Below are positions 37,659 through 47,016 of a stretch of DNA of 64,000 nt, piece by piece. The translations under genes and the position numbers were made by a program. The notes beneath the pieces are model-generated. The model was not told where the DNA came from, did not search any database, and was given only the letters and a program-made list of their open reading frames with translations. The stretch covers positions 6,976,001-7,040,000 of the forward strand of contig OZ244561.1 of NCBI GenBank assembly GCA_965217585.1. Reading direction: 5' to 3'. This DNA comes from Candidatus Latescibacterota bacterium. Lineage in GTDB: Bacteria; Latescibacterota; UBA2968; UBA8231. Positions within the stretch are counted from its first letter, which is position 1. Each line of letters opens with the position of its first letter.

Positions 37659-40040
37659 TCAGTAGGCTACCCCGACGAGTCGCGTAAACGCCCTCGTCGG
37701 CTTATCGCTGTCGATGCTCAGGCGGAACAGGTACACCCCAGGGGGCACCATATTTCCCGCCCCATCGCGGCCGTCCCACACAAGGGCGTACTCCCCGCTA
37801 GACCCGGACTGGTCGCGCAGCCGGACGACCAGTCGACCACCCAGATCGTACACGGCGGCCCGGAGTTGGCGGGACGCCTCCAGGCCAACCAGCGCAAAGC
37901 GCACCGTCAACTGTTCATTGCGCCCATCTCCGTTCGGGGTGATCACCGATGGATTGATTGTCGGGGTTTGGAGACCGCTGCTGCCGGCGGGTAGAAAAAC
38001 TCTCAGGTCGTCGCCTAGATCGTCCGGGCTCGCATCGCCCGGATCGATCTGTTGCCAAGAGTTCGGCTCGGCCGAGCGCCGTACAAAGCCCTCAAAGAGG
38101 GTGGCATTGAGGAAGACTTGGGTGGCGAAATTCACCTCGATCAGTTGCGTGGCCTGCACCACAGTCGGCAGGGTGAGCACCAGTGAGTCCGCCGCGGCCC
38201 GCACGGCAACGGGATCTGTCTCCTCGTGGTTTAGTTTCAGACCCCGAAAGACAGGATCGGTCGGAACGCGAATCAAAATCTGGTCGAAACCGCGAGTCCC
38301 GGACCCGAAACTAGGACGGATGAAGTAGGAGAATTCTTCCGTCTGTCCCGGTGTCACTACCCAGGGGACGATTTCGGCGACGATCTGTTCGGCCGCCGGA
38401 TCCGTGAATTCGAGCGCCACACTGGACAGGGCTGGAGCCCGCTGCGGATCATCGCTGCTCAACTCCACTTGTATCTGGGCATAGCTGCGGGGGCTGGGCG
38501 ATTGAAAGCGTGCACCCGAATACTCGTAGGGCAGACTCCACGGACTCCATCCCGCGCCCGGGATGAGTTCGACTGTGGGCTCTTTCTCGCGTTTGAAGGG
38601 CGGCAGCTTCTTCCAAGCCTTTTCAGTGTATTCATTGCCCTCCTTGTCGAAGTAGTGCAGTTTCTCGCCTAGCTCATTACCCGTGCGCGTGCGCACCGCC
38701 AGTCTAGTGGCCGGCGGCGTCTCTCCGCTCCAGTGGATGGCCGTCAGGTTTTTGGCACCGCCCAGATCGATCAAGCCGGAGGTCAAGGTGACGCCCGGAA
38801 TGAAACCCTCCCCAAAAGCCTGGATCTCCCGCACGGTCGAGACGCCCGTGCGCCGCTGGTTGCGATTCGACCAGAACAGGTAGCGCACCTTGCGCGGGGT
38901 CAGGTGCTCTTCAAAGATGAAGCGCTCGGGAGCGGGATTGGCTTCGAGTTCGGCAATCTCCTCCCAGACTAGGTCGTCGAAATCGACAAACTCGCCCGCG
39001 CCGGTGCCGCTGCTGCGCGTCCCGTCCGAGGCAAAGAGTTTGTACCCGAAGACCGGCACATTGCGCTTACCGGTGAACTCGAAAGACGTGATGATGCGCA
39101 CATGGTCTACCCAGAATAGGGTTCCCAAGTCTATATTGACCCACCCCCACCGCTTGGGGTCGCCGAAGAAATAGCCCAGGGAATTCCAGCCCGTATTGTA
39201 ATTCCCGTCTATGATATCCGAAGCAAAGGTCGGTGGCTCGCTTTCGTCGCCTCCGGCCGGTGCGATGAGCGCACCGCCACCCCGTTGCTCGCTACCCAAG
39301 ACGATATTGTCGCCCAAGGCGCTGACCTCGATTTCGGCCAAGCGCGGATTCTCGCCTGTGCGCAAGGCCCGGAACAAAACAAAGCGCACGAACTGCCTAA
39401 AGGTCAGCTCGCCTCGACCACTCAATTTCACGTCCTGCGGCAAGAGCGGATAGGTGAGTTCGTACTGGGTATTGGGACGGGTCGTCTCGGCTAACAAGCT
39501 GTATTTCTTAAGTCCAGAGCCGAAATAGACTGCTTCCTCGCCCGTAGAGACAAATACCTGGAACATGCTGAAAGGATTGCCCGAGCGAGCGAATTTTACT
39601 GCGATCTCCGTGGCAGAGACGGCCCGACCCAGATCCACTTCCACCCACCAGTCGTCGAGGGCAGCGCCGACGGCAGGGGTCCAAAACGTCTCCTCGTCGC
39701 CGTCGAGTATGCGACCGGCCAGTGCGGGATTCGTGCCAGCCCCACTTATGCCGCCCAAGCGCTCTTCTTCGTCCCCGAAGTCGCCCAGTACGGCGAACTG
39801 GTCGGCATTGCGCGCGGCGTTGATCGTTTTGCGGATGAAGACCGGGCTGACTCGGCCGGCCGGCGAAATCGCGATGGTTCCCTCGGGTGCGCTCCACTCG
39901 CGCCACTGCGACGAGCGGCTGAAGCGGATTTCACCAGCCGGCGCACTCCAGGGCCTGAGGAGGAAGAGGCCGGCGCAAACGACGAGCATCTTCGCTGTGC
40001 GGTACAAAATTCTGCTGGCGCGCCCCGTGCCCATGTCCAC
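37659..40040 (-). CDS. Secreted discoidin/Ig/FlgD-tail protein, subtype beta
   Basis: DWWVEVDLGR, RTRTG..L.E..YFD..G, GWSPWS shared specifically with 13340..16639; ends VGVAY. Confidence 0.85.
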   Translation of the reverse strand: MDMGTGRASRILYRTAKMLVVCAGLFLLRPWSAPAGEIRFSRSSQWREWSAPEGTIAISPAGRVSPVFIRKTINAARNADQFAVLGDFGDEEERLGGISGAGTNPALAGRILDGDEETFWTPAVGAALDDWWVEVDLGRAVSATEIAVKFARSGNPFSMFQVFVSTGEEAVYFGSGLKKYSLLAETTRPNTQYELTYPLLPQDVKLSGRGELTFRQFVRFVLFRALRTGENPRLAEIEVSALGDNIVLGSEQRGGGALIAPAGGDESEPPTFASDIIDGNYNTGWNSLGYFFGDPKRWGWVNIDLGTLFWVDHVRIITSFEFTGKRNVPVFGYKLFASDGTRSSGTGAGEFVDFDDLVWEEIAELEANPAPERFIFEEHLTPRKVRYLFWSNRNQRRTGVSTVREIQAFGEGFIPGVTLTSGLIDLGGAKNLTAIHWSGETPPATRLAVRTRTGNELGEKLHYFDKEGNEYTEKAWKKLPPFKREKEPTVELIPGAGWSPWSLPYEYSGARFQSPSPRSYAQIQVELSSDDPQRAPALSSVALEFTDPAAEQIVAEIVPWVVTPGQTEEFSYFIRPSFGSGTRGFDQILIRVPTDPVFRGLKLNHEETDPVAVRAAADSLVLTLPTVVQATQLIEVNFATQVFLNATLFEGFVRRSAEPNSWQQIDPGDASPDDLGDDLRVFLPAGSSGLQTPTINPSVITPNGDGRNEQLTVRFALVGLEASRQLRAAVYDLGGRLVVRLRDQSGSSGEYALVWDGRDGAGNMVPPGVYLFRLSIDSDKPTRAFTRLVGVAY

Positions 40041-40052
40041 CTTCCCGTCCTC

Positions 40053-41843
40053 TCAGTAGACCAGAGCCACAGGCACGGCCCTTTCGTTGGCTCCCGTGGC
40101 CGAATCTACGCTTATGCGACATATGTACAACCCTGGTGCGGCTAAGGACCCTTGGCCCTCTCTGCCGTCCCACTCCACCGCGTGAAAACCGCTGCTTTGC
40201 AAGCCATTGAAAAGCGCCCGAATTCGCCTCCCCGCAAGGTCGTATATAGCCGCCTCGACGGATACGGGTTGGACGAGTTTGAATATGCTGTACTGAATGC
40301 GTATCTGGTCATTGAGTGAGTCGCCGTTGGGTGTAAAGGGGTTGGGCGCAATGGCCAAGTCGCCTAGAATGGTATTGTCCAATTCCAACTCGACCGCAAA
40401 GTGATTGGTATTGAGCTCGATGCTGGCATCGCCGGGCAGGACATCTTGGGCTAGTTCAGTGGACTGGCTGGCGAACACTCGGGAAGAAAAAAGGGTGCCG
40501 AATTCGATCACCTTGGCATCGAATTTCAATTCTACCAGTACCCCGTCTTTTACGACGGGATGATTCGGAAAGCGCACCGTCAGTAGAGAATCCGTCGCTT
40601 CCCAGGTAAAGTCTTCTATTGGTGTACCGCCTATAGTCAGCTCTCTCAGGCGAGCTAGGGTCGGAGTGGACAGTTCCACGGCATCAAAGCCCGCATCGTC
40701 ATCGAGGATGCGCGGTCGCACATGGTAGGTAAAGGGCGTTGTCTCCCCGGCGACGACGAATTTCGGTTCGATTTCGGCCACTACTTCGTGGGCTGGTGGC
40801 GGAGAGGAAATTTCAAAGGCGAGCGAATCCACCTGAGCCGCCGCTGCAAAGCGATCGCTGACCAATTCGACGGCAAACTGGAAATAGCGCCGGGGTGCCG
40901 GCGAGCGGATGCGCGAGCCACTCGTTGTGTGCGGTGGCGACCAGGGGCTCCAGTTTGCCAGATCGGGCCGTTTTACCCGCTGTTTTTCCTTTAGGTTATC
41001 GTACTGGTCTTTGCTCACTTCTTCGAGCGTAGCCCCCCGGCGCCGGTAGTAGAGGTAGGGATCGACTGTTGAGCCACTGCGGGTGATCACCTCGACTGTG
41101 CCGCCCGCATCGGTCTGGGCTGCCCAAGTCAGCGTTCCGAGGGTGGCTAGGCCGCCTAAATCGATGACGTTGGACGTGTACACCGCCCGCGGTGCAAAGC
41201 CCTGGCCATAGACTTCCAACTCGGCGATTTCCCAAGGCAGAGGACTTGTGAATATCAGCATAGCCCACCGGACATAGCGGGGCGCGATGTCGACTGTGAC
41301 CACTTCGCGTTCGTTGCGGGTCGTTCGGGCCACCAAATCCCAGACTGGATCGCCCCGCAACGGGTCGCTTTCGTCGCTGACGTACAGTTCGTATCCCCGC
41401 AGAAATCGGTCTCCCTGCTCAATGCGGGGATAGAACGAAATCTGATAGACACCACTGAAAACCCGGCCCAGATCCAGAATGATGCGCCCCCCGATCTGTC
41501 TAGAGTGCTCGATGGGAAAAATCGTGGCGATTTCTCCGTCAATCAGCGCCCCCAGGCCGGTCTGGGGATCGGCCAGCCCCTGGACCGAAGGCTGCGGGCT
41601 GTCGATATTGCCGCCCTCGGCCAGGGCCCTCAAGCTGAGATTTTCGTCGGGCGATATGCGCTCGGGCTGTAGCCAACCTGGACGACTCGTCAAGTCGATG
41701 GCGCGCAGAGTACCCCACGCTTGCCACGGACGCTCACTGCCGCCAAAAACCAGTACTTCCCGGGCGCCCGCGGATGCTCCGACCAAGAGGGCAATCAGCA
41801 AGAGGGATTTAGACGGCATGGCCATGTACCGGGCGCGACTCAC
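40053..41843 (-). CDS. Secreted discoidin/Ig/FlgD-tail protein, subtype alpha
   Basis: LDLG..ISFYPR..RG.P.W.L.A..EVYGQGF.P.A.Y.S.V.DLG shared with 16672..18738; ends VALVY. Confidence 0.85.
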   Translation of the reverse strand: MSRARYMAMPSKSLLLIALLVGASAGAREVLVFGGSERPWQAWGTLRAIDLTSRPGWLQPERISPDENLSLRALAEGGNIDSPQPSVQGLADPQTGLGALIDGEIATIFPIEHSRQIGGRIILDLGRVFSGVYQISFYPRIEQGDRFLRGYELYVSDESDPLRGDPVWDLVARTTRNEREVVTVDIAPRYVRWAMLIFTSPLPWEIAELEVYGQGFAPRAVYTSNVIDLGGLATLGTLTWAAQTDAGGTVEVITRSGSTVDPYLYYRRRGATLEEVSKDQYDNLKEKQRVKRPDLANWSPWSPPHTTSGSRIRSPAPRRYFQFAVELVSDRFAAAAQVDSLAFEISSPPPAHEVVAEIEPKFVVAGETTPFTYHVRPRILDDDAGFDAVELSTPTLARLRELTIGGTPIEDFTWEATDSLLTVRFPNHPVVKDGVLVELKFDAKVIEFGTLFSSRVFASQSTELAQDVLPGDASIELNTNHFAVELELDNTILGDLAIAPNPFTPNGDSLNDQIRIQYSIFKLVQPVSVEAAIYDLAGRRIRALFNGLQSSGFHAVEWDGREGQGSLAAPGLYICRISVDSATGANERAVPVALVY

Positions 41844-42241
41844 TGTGCGGCAACCTTGATTGTGAATCCACCCTCGACCCCTTCAGGTGCGATGCCAATG
41901 CGGATGATCTGGCCGGGGACCACAAGGGCTGTCTGCGGGGGGAAGGATGACTCACCTTGCGCGTTCAGGGGGGTACCGGGCCAAGCTATCTCCACTTCAA
42001 ATGGCGTCGAGGTATCTCGGAGCAGGCATTCGATCACCGCCGTGCTCTTGGCCTCGATCCGGGCGCTCTGCTGGCAGGCGGCGATAGCGATCTCCATTTC
42101 GTCGATAAACGAATTGACGACCCGGAGTTCGACCGCTCCTTCTCCGGCGCGGGTCGTCTCGGTAGAGAGCGGAATCTCCTCTTCACAGCCGCCCAGCATG
42201 GCCGCTGGTGCTAGGATGAGAAATACGCGCAGTATTCCCAT
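41840..42241 (-). CDS. Small hypothetical lipoprotein
   Basis: LGGC lipobox; VNSF..E..IAAC.Q..IECL shared with its neighbour. Confidence 0.75.
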   Translation of the reverse strand: MGILRVFLILAPAAMLGGCEEEIPLSTETTRAGEGAVELRVVNSFIDEMEIAIAACQQSARIEAKSTAVIECLLRDTSTPFEVEIAWPGTPLNAQGESSFPPQTALVVPGQIIRIGIAPEGVEGGFTIKVAAQ

Positions 42242-42252
42242 GCCGGCTCTGT

Positions 42253-42669
42253 TCAGTTCTGGCGACGACCGTCGATTAGGATAATGAAGCCACTACCCGT
42301 CCCTCCCGGGACGGTCCTGATTTCGACGACCTGCCCGTACGACACGGTGACGGTCTTGGGCGGAGGCGGGGCATACCCTTGTCCAACGGGTGGATCCAGC
42401 CACACGACGACGACGTCGAAAGCATTGACATCCTCCTCGATCAGGCACTCGATCGATTGGATTTGGTCGGACAAGAGGCGGAATCTCTGGAAGCAGGCGG
42501 CGATATTCACCTCTACCTCGCCGCGGAAGGAATTGACGAACTTGATGAAGCGGCTGGGCTCACCTTCCCCGGTGTCCTTTGGCAGAGTCGACAGATCGAT
42601 CTCTTTTTCGCAGCCACTCGACAGAAAGATGCCCGTGCCGAGCAGGAGCAAATGCGCACATCTCAGCAT
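42253..42669 (-). CDS. Small hypothetical lipoprotein (paralog of 41840..42241)
   Basis: LSSGC lipobox; same VNSF/IAAC/IECL motifs. Confidence 0.75.
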   Translation of the reverse strand: MLRCAHLLLLGTGIFLSSGCEKEIDLSTLPKDTGEGEPSRFIKFVNSFRGEVEVNIAACFQRFRLLSDQIQSIECLIEEDVNAFDVVVVWLDPPVGQGYAPPPPKTVTVSYGQVVEIRTVPGGTGSGFIILIDGRRQN

Positions 42670-42690
42670 AGATCACTCTTTCATACGATA

Positions 42691-42724
42691 CAGCGGTCCA
42701 GCCGGTATTCCGGCCGAACCGCTG
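42691..42724 (-). terminator. Strong RNA hairpin after the first gene of cluster B (terminator or mRNA stabiliser)
   Basis: Minus-strand CAGCGGUUCGGCCGG-aaua-CCGGCUGGACCGCUG forms a 15-bp stem with two G-U pairs; no U-tract. Confidence 0.6.
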
Positions 42725-42787
42725 GTACTCGAGCCCCGAGACATTCCCCGCGCTGGGTGGAATCCCGGGATAGGTACAGATGAGCCG

Positions 42788-43699
42788 TTAGTCTGCGAGA
42801 CTGGACTTTATGCGAGCCCAGGTAGTCGACTCGACCGCGGTGGGGGCCGCGGCCTCGACATCGGGGTCGACGATGAGGGTGAAGCTATTCATGGAATCCC
42901 CGTTGCCGGTCGCTCCGCTCTCGTTCGATGTGGCCCAAGCACCGTCCCAACTGTCGCCGCCGTCCCAGTCGTCGCCCTGGAACATGAGGTGGGTCTTCGT
43001 GTTCTCAGTCAGATCCATGACTGTGCTGGTCTCGGCTCCGCCTTCGCCGGTCGATACGGCCGCGTCGAAGAAAGAGAACAAAGTCATGCGCCACTCGTAG
43101 TTAATGGTCACATTTTCATCGCCGTGGCTCCACGGCTTGTCGCTGGCCGGGCCAGTGGCGAAGACGAGGTGGGGCGGCTGGTTGGCCCAGAACTGAGAGT
43201 AGCTATCGCTGAAGCCCTGCAGGACAAACACATCCGCATCTCCGGCCGCCTGAAACGTCCACTCCTGGCCGTTGCTGTACACCCCGTCCGGATCGATTCC
43301 GCCGCCACTGTGATCGGGATCCGCAGCAAAGGTCCAGCCGTCGTCGCCGACCGTGCGGCTGCCGCGCAGCAAGTCGCGATCGTAGAAGTCGTCGAACGTG
43401 TTGATCGCGAACCAGAGTTGGTTGCCCTCGTCGGTGCCAGTCCACGCCACGCAGATGGTGACGTCGAAATCATTCAAGTCGAGCCCGTCCGGGCCGGCAC
43501 GGCTGAGCAGCGCGTCCCGGGGAATGATGGCGTAACTGGGGAACCAACTCCAGTCGCCGAGTTCCCCATCAATCTCCATTTGTTGGGCAACTCCGGCTGG
43601 AATGTGGATGGCGAAGTAATCCGGCGCATCAGCCGTGGCTGGCGCTGCCCCTAACAGGACCGCCAGGCTCAGCACTAGGATAGAAGAAAATAATCTCAT
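42788..43699 (-). CDS. Secreted CBM9/DOMON-like protein with PTAVESTTWARIKSSLAD tail
   Basis: ATG 43699 behind AAAGGAG; signal peptide ATA-D; IDGELGDW; acidic. Confidence 0.82.
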   Translation of the reverse strand: MRLFSSILVLSLAVLLGAAPATADAPDYFAIHIPAGVAQQMEIDGELGDWSWFPSYAIIPRDALLSRAGPDGLDLNDFDVTICVAWTGTDEGNQLWFAINTFDDFYDRDLLRGSRTVGDDGWTFAADPDHSGGGIDPDGVYSNGQEWTFQAAGDADVFVLQGFSDSYSQFWANQPPHLVFATGPASDKPWSHGDENVTINYEWRMTLFSFFDAAVSTGEGGAETSTVMDLTENTKTHLMFQGDDWDGGDSWDGAWATSNESGATGNGDSMNSFTLIVDPDVEAAAPTAVESTTWARIKSSLAD

Positions 43700-44056
43700 C
43701 TCGTTTCGACTCCTTTGAGGAAGTGGGTAAATAGTCCATCCGCTACACCAGTGCAAATAGACCAGATGACTTTCCCTAAAGGGCCCTGAATAGCCCCAAG
43801 GGAAGGGACTTAGGAAATCGACCTAGAGAAATATATATTGATTATTTTCTGGTACTTAGGTCATACTTACGACGACCTTTACAAAGGCCGTACGCCTAAT
43901 AGCTGCGGAATTTCTCCCCAATATATTTACTTTCAGCCTAGGGTTCAACCAAATTCTTACCCTCGGCTAGAAATACCTTATATCTTGATACACCTATTGG
44001 CCCATCCTACTTTTCTTTACACACCTGTCCGCCCACTTTGAGTCGAGGAAGCGAAA

Positions 44057-45481
44057 ATGGGACTGGCTGTTGCGCCGGAGCGCTGGATCTCGCCTTGGGC
44101 GCGGCTCGTACTGATGGTGGTTCTGCTGACGGCCTGTGCCCAAGACCACGAGGAAACGGCCGTGGCTATAGTTGGAACTAGGGAAATTACCGCCGAGGAA
44201 CTTCGCCACTTCGTGCGCCGTCTCGTGCCGAGCTTGGTCAGCGATGAAGAAGGACAGCGGGCCCGGGAGGATTATCTACAGACTTTGGTCGACCGGGAAA
44301 TCGCGCTTCTCGAGGCCTATGAAAAAGGCTTGGATCAGGACCCCGATTTGCTCAAAACACTCGACCAGAAAAGGAAAGACCACCTCCTCTCCCGCTATCG
44401 CGACCAGGAGATCCTGCCCCGGATACAAGTGTCCGAAGAGGAGATCCGCCAGTTCTTCGACCGACAGGATATGGCGCGGGAGCGCCGGGCCACCGCCATT
44501 TTGGTGCGGACTCAGGAGCAAGCGCAGCAGATCCGCGCCCAACTCGAAGCCGGAAGCGATTTTGGCGAGTTGGCCAGAAAGCATTCGCTCGACACTTGGT
44601 CGGCCCTGCGGGAAGGCGAGTTAGGATTCGTCACCCGGACTGCTTCCGAACGGCTATTGGGGATCCCCGCAGAGGTATTCGACACACTTAGCACCGGCCA
44701 AGTATCGCCCCCTCTGCGCCGGGGCCGCAACTATCACCTAGTCCGCTTTTTAGAAGACCGGTCCACAGATCTGCAGACTCACCGGGAGAGCATAAAGACG
44801 CAGTTGCGGGAAGAAAAGCAACGCACCCTCGAAGAGGAGCAAGCAGACATTCTGGCACGCGAATTCAACTGGCAACCGGTCTCTGCAGGGACGACTCTGC
44901 TAAGGGATAAAGGCTCGGCCTTAGGAGAGAGCGGCAAGTTGCAGCTCACCGACGCAGAAAAGCGCGTCCCACTCTTCACTTACGAGGGTGGGGCCATTTC
45001 TCTGGCGGACTACATGGCGGTGTTGCGCCAGCACAGGATCAGAGCGCCTCGGGCCCTGCTGGACAGCGTCTTTATCAGCTTGCTCGGACGCCGCTTTTTG
45101 CAGCAGCCCGCTCTCTTTGTGGCAGCCGCCGAGCGCCTCGACCTCCCGGAAGATCCCGAGGTGGTAAAGTGGGTCGAGAAAGCCAGACGGGAATTGCTGG
45201 TCAGGGGTATAAGACAGCGGGAAGTCATCGACCAGATCGCCATTGACGAGGCGGATGTCAGGCGGTTCTACGAGGAAAACGGAGCGATGTTTCGGCGGGA
45301 AGCCTTTGAGCTAGCCCGCAGGAGGGCGGAGGTCGCCCTGAGGAAGGCGCTGGAAAAAGAGCGCTTTGACGCGTGGATCGCCGATCTGCGCCAGCGGTAT
45401 GGGGACCGCGTCAAAGTCTTCCCAGACCGATTGGCAAAAGCCCTGCCGGAAACACTGCTGGACAGCCTCTCCAGAAATTAA
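44057..45481 (+). CDS. PpiC-type peptidyl-prolyl isomerase / PrsA-SurA-like chaperone lipoprotein
   Basis: LTAC lipobox; DFGELARKHSLD..GELGF..GQVSPP..YHLV. Confidence 0.85.
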   Translation: MGLAVAPERWISPWARLVLMVVLLTACAQDHEETAVAIVGTREITAEELRHFVRRLVPSLVSDEEGQRAREDYLQTLVDREIALLEAYEKGLDQDPDLLKTLDQKRKDHLLSRYRDQEILPRIQVSEEEIRQFFDRQDMARERRATAILVRTQEQAQQIRAQLEAGSDFGELARKHSLDTWSALREGELGFVTRTASERLLGIPAEVFDTLSTGQVSPPLRRGRNYHLVRFLEDRSTDLQTHRESIKTQLREEKQRTLEEEQADILAREFNWQPVSAGTTLLRDKGSALGESGKLQLTDAEKRVPLFTYEGGAISLADYMAVLRQHRIRAPRALLDSVFISLLGRRFLQQPALFVAAAERLDLPEDPEVVKWVEKARRELLVRGIRQREVIDQIAIDEADVRRFYEENGAMFRREAFELARRRAEVALRKALEKERFDAWIADLRQRYGDRVKVFPDRLAKALPETLLDSLSRN

Positions 45482-45510
45482 TACCATGTGAAAACCAAAA
45501 GGAGGTTCTC

Positions 45511-46104
45511 ATGCAACTCGAACTGCCCGGACGCTGGCAACGCGACTACGATGTGTACGAACGCCTCGAAGAACTCGGCATCGACCTAGGCCGCAGAGAA
45601 GACGCCATCGCTCCCGAGACCAACCGCATTCCCAGACTCATCTTCACTCCTTCCGGCTTGCTCTTTTTTTCTGGGTCGGGAGCTGGCGAGGGTCCGGTCA
45701 CCAACGACGAGTCCTCGGTAGAGAAAGGATACAAGGCCGGTAGGGACGTGGGTCACAAGCACATCTGCGTGCTGCACTGGGGTCTGCACCCCTTTGGCAC
45801 GCTGAACGACGTCTGGTATTGCGTCAAGTGCATCGGCATGGTGCATTCGGCCCACCGCGAAGAGTCCTTTACCAACGCTCCCCGGGTGGTGGACGGATAC
45901 ACGGAAGTCTGGCACGATGTATTCGGCGGCCCCCTGTCGCGTCGCGCCAAGGAGGGCCAAGCCGACGGCCGCTCCGGCTGGCACGGCCGCAGTGCTTTGG
46001 GCGGATTTGAGATCAGCAACTTGGCCATTGAACCGGAGATGATTGTACAGGTCGATCCCGATCTGGCGATCCGCGTCATCCGGGAGCGCGGGCCCCACAT
46101 TTGA
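45511..46104 (+). CDS. RidA/YjgF-like protein
   Basis: ATG 45511 behind AAAGGAGG; LLFFSG, VKCIGMV, PRVVDG, GRSALG, AIEPEMIV. Confidence 0.6.
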   Translation: MQLELPGRWQRDYDVYERLEELGIDLGRREDAIAPETNRIPRLIFTPSGLLFFSGSGAGEGPVTNDESSVEKGYKAGRDVGHKHICVLHWGLHPFGTLNDVWYCVKCIGMVHSAHREESFTNAPRVVDGYTEVWHDVFGGPLSRRAKEGQADGRSGWHGRSALGGFEISNLAIEPEMIVQVDPDLAIRVIRERGPHI

Positions 46105-46123
46105 ACTGTGGTTCTGTGGGCTT

Positions 46124-46852
46124 CTAGTACCGCTCTCCTACATCGAGTAGGGTTTTCCCTTCCATCATCGCCTCGAGGTATTCCACTACCCGATTGACCG
46201 CTTCTTCGGACAAAATCCTGCCTTTTTCCGCATCGGCCTCCAGGGGCGTCCGGTCCTCCTGGTCCTGCATGGCGTCCTGCCGGATTTTCTCCGGGAACAT
46301 GTGCATGGCCAGCGAGGTCTCGAATTCCTGGGCGTGCCCTGGAGCGCTCTTGGTGGTCATGTGCTCGTCGATGAGCGCCCGCGGAATTAAGTTCCAATAG
46401 GGATGGAAGTGCAGATTCACTCCCGGAGCTGTGGATTCGAAAAAGAGACGCCACTGACGGAGTATGCTATTCACGGGTTGCACATTGCCGCCGTGACCGT
46501 TGAGGATTAGGATGTTCTCAATGCCGTGGCGGGCAAAACATTCCACCGCGTCGAAGAGTACCGCCAGCCACGAGCCCGGCTTGGCCGTGAGGCTGCCCTT
46601 GTGCTTCATGTGGTGCTCGGAAATGCCTACGGCCATGGGCACGGCCACGATCACCTTTGGGTACATGCGCAGGGCCGTTTGTTGCGCCACCCAAGTCGAC
46701 GAGGCGATATCGTGTTCAAAAGGCAGGTGTTCGAGGTGCTGCTCGATGCTGCCGGTGGGGATGATAGCGGCCTGGAATTGCCCTGCCTCAAGAGCTTGGC
46801 GGAATTCGCGCCGAGTGTAATTCTGCAGCATAACTTCCCTGTTATCGGTCAC
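46124..46852 (-). CDS. Creatininase-family amidohydrolase
   Basis: GTG 46852 behind AAGGAGGT; PTGSIEQHLEHLP..D, NGHGGN, GHA..FETS. Confidence 0.9.
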   Translation of the reverse strand: MTDNREVMLQNYTRREFRQALEAGQFQAAIIPTGSIEQHLEHLPFEHDIASSTWVAQQTALRMYPKVIVAVPMAVGISEHHMKHKGSLTAKPGSWLAVLFDAVECFARHGIENILILNGHGGNVQPVNSILRQWRLFFESTAPGVNLHFHPYWNLIPRALIDEHMTTKSAPGHAQEFETSLAMHMFPEKIRQDAMQDQEDRTPLEADAEKGRILSEEAVNRVVEYLEAMMEGKTLLDVGERY

Positions 46853-47016
46853 AATGGACCTCCTTTGATTAGTGTGATCAATGCCCGAGTAGCATTGATC
46901 GAGTCCCGAAAAATCCCATCTCCGATTCACGTAGAGCACCCACGTTGGGCACTTGGAAGCGAGATACGAAATTTGGCTCCTGTACACAAGCCGCACCCCC
47001 AAGAGAGGAGATTTTC

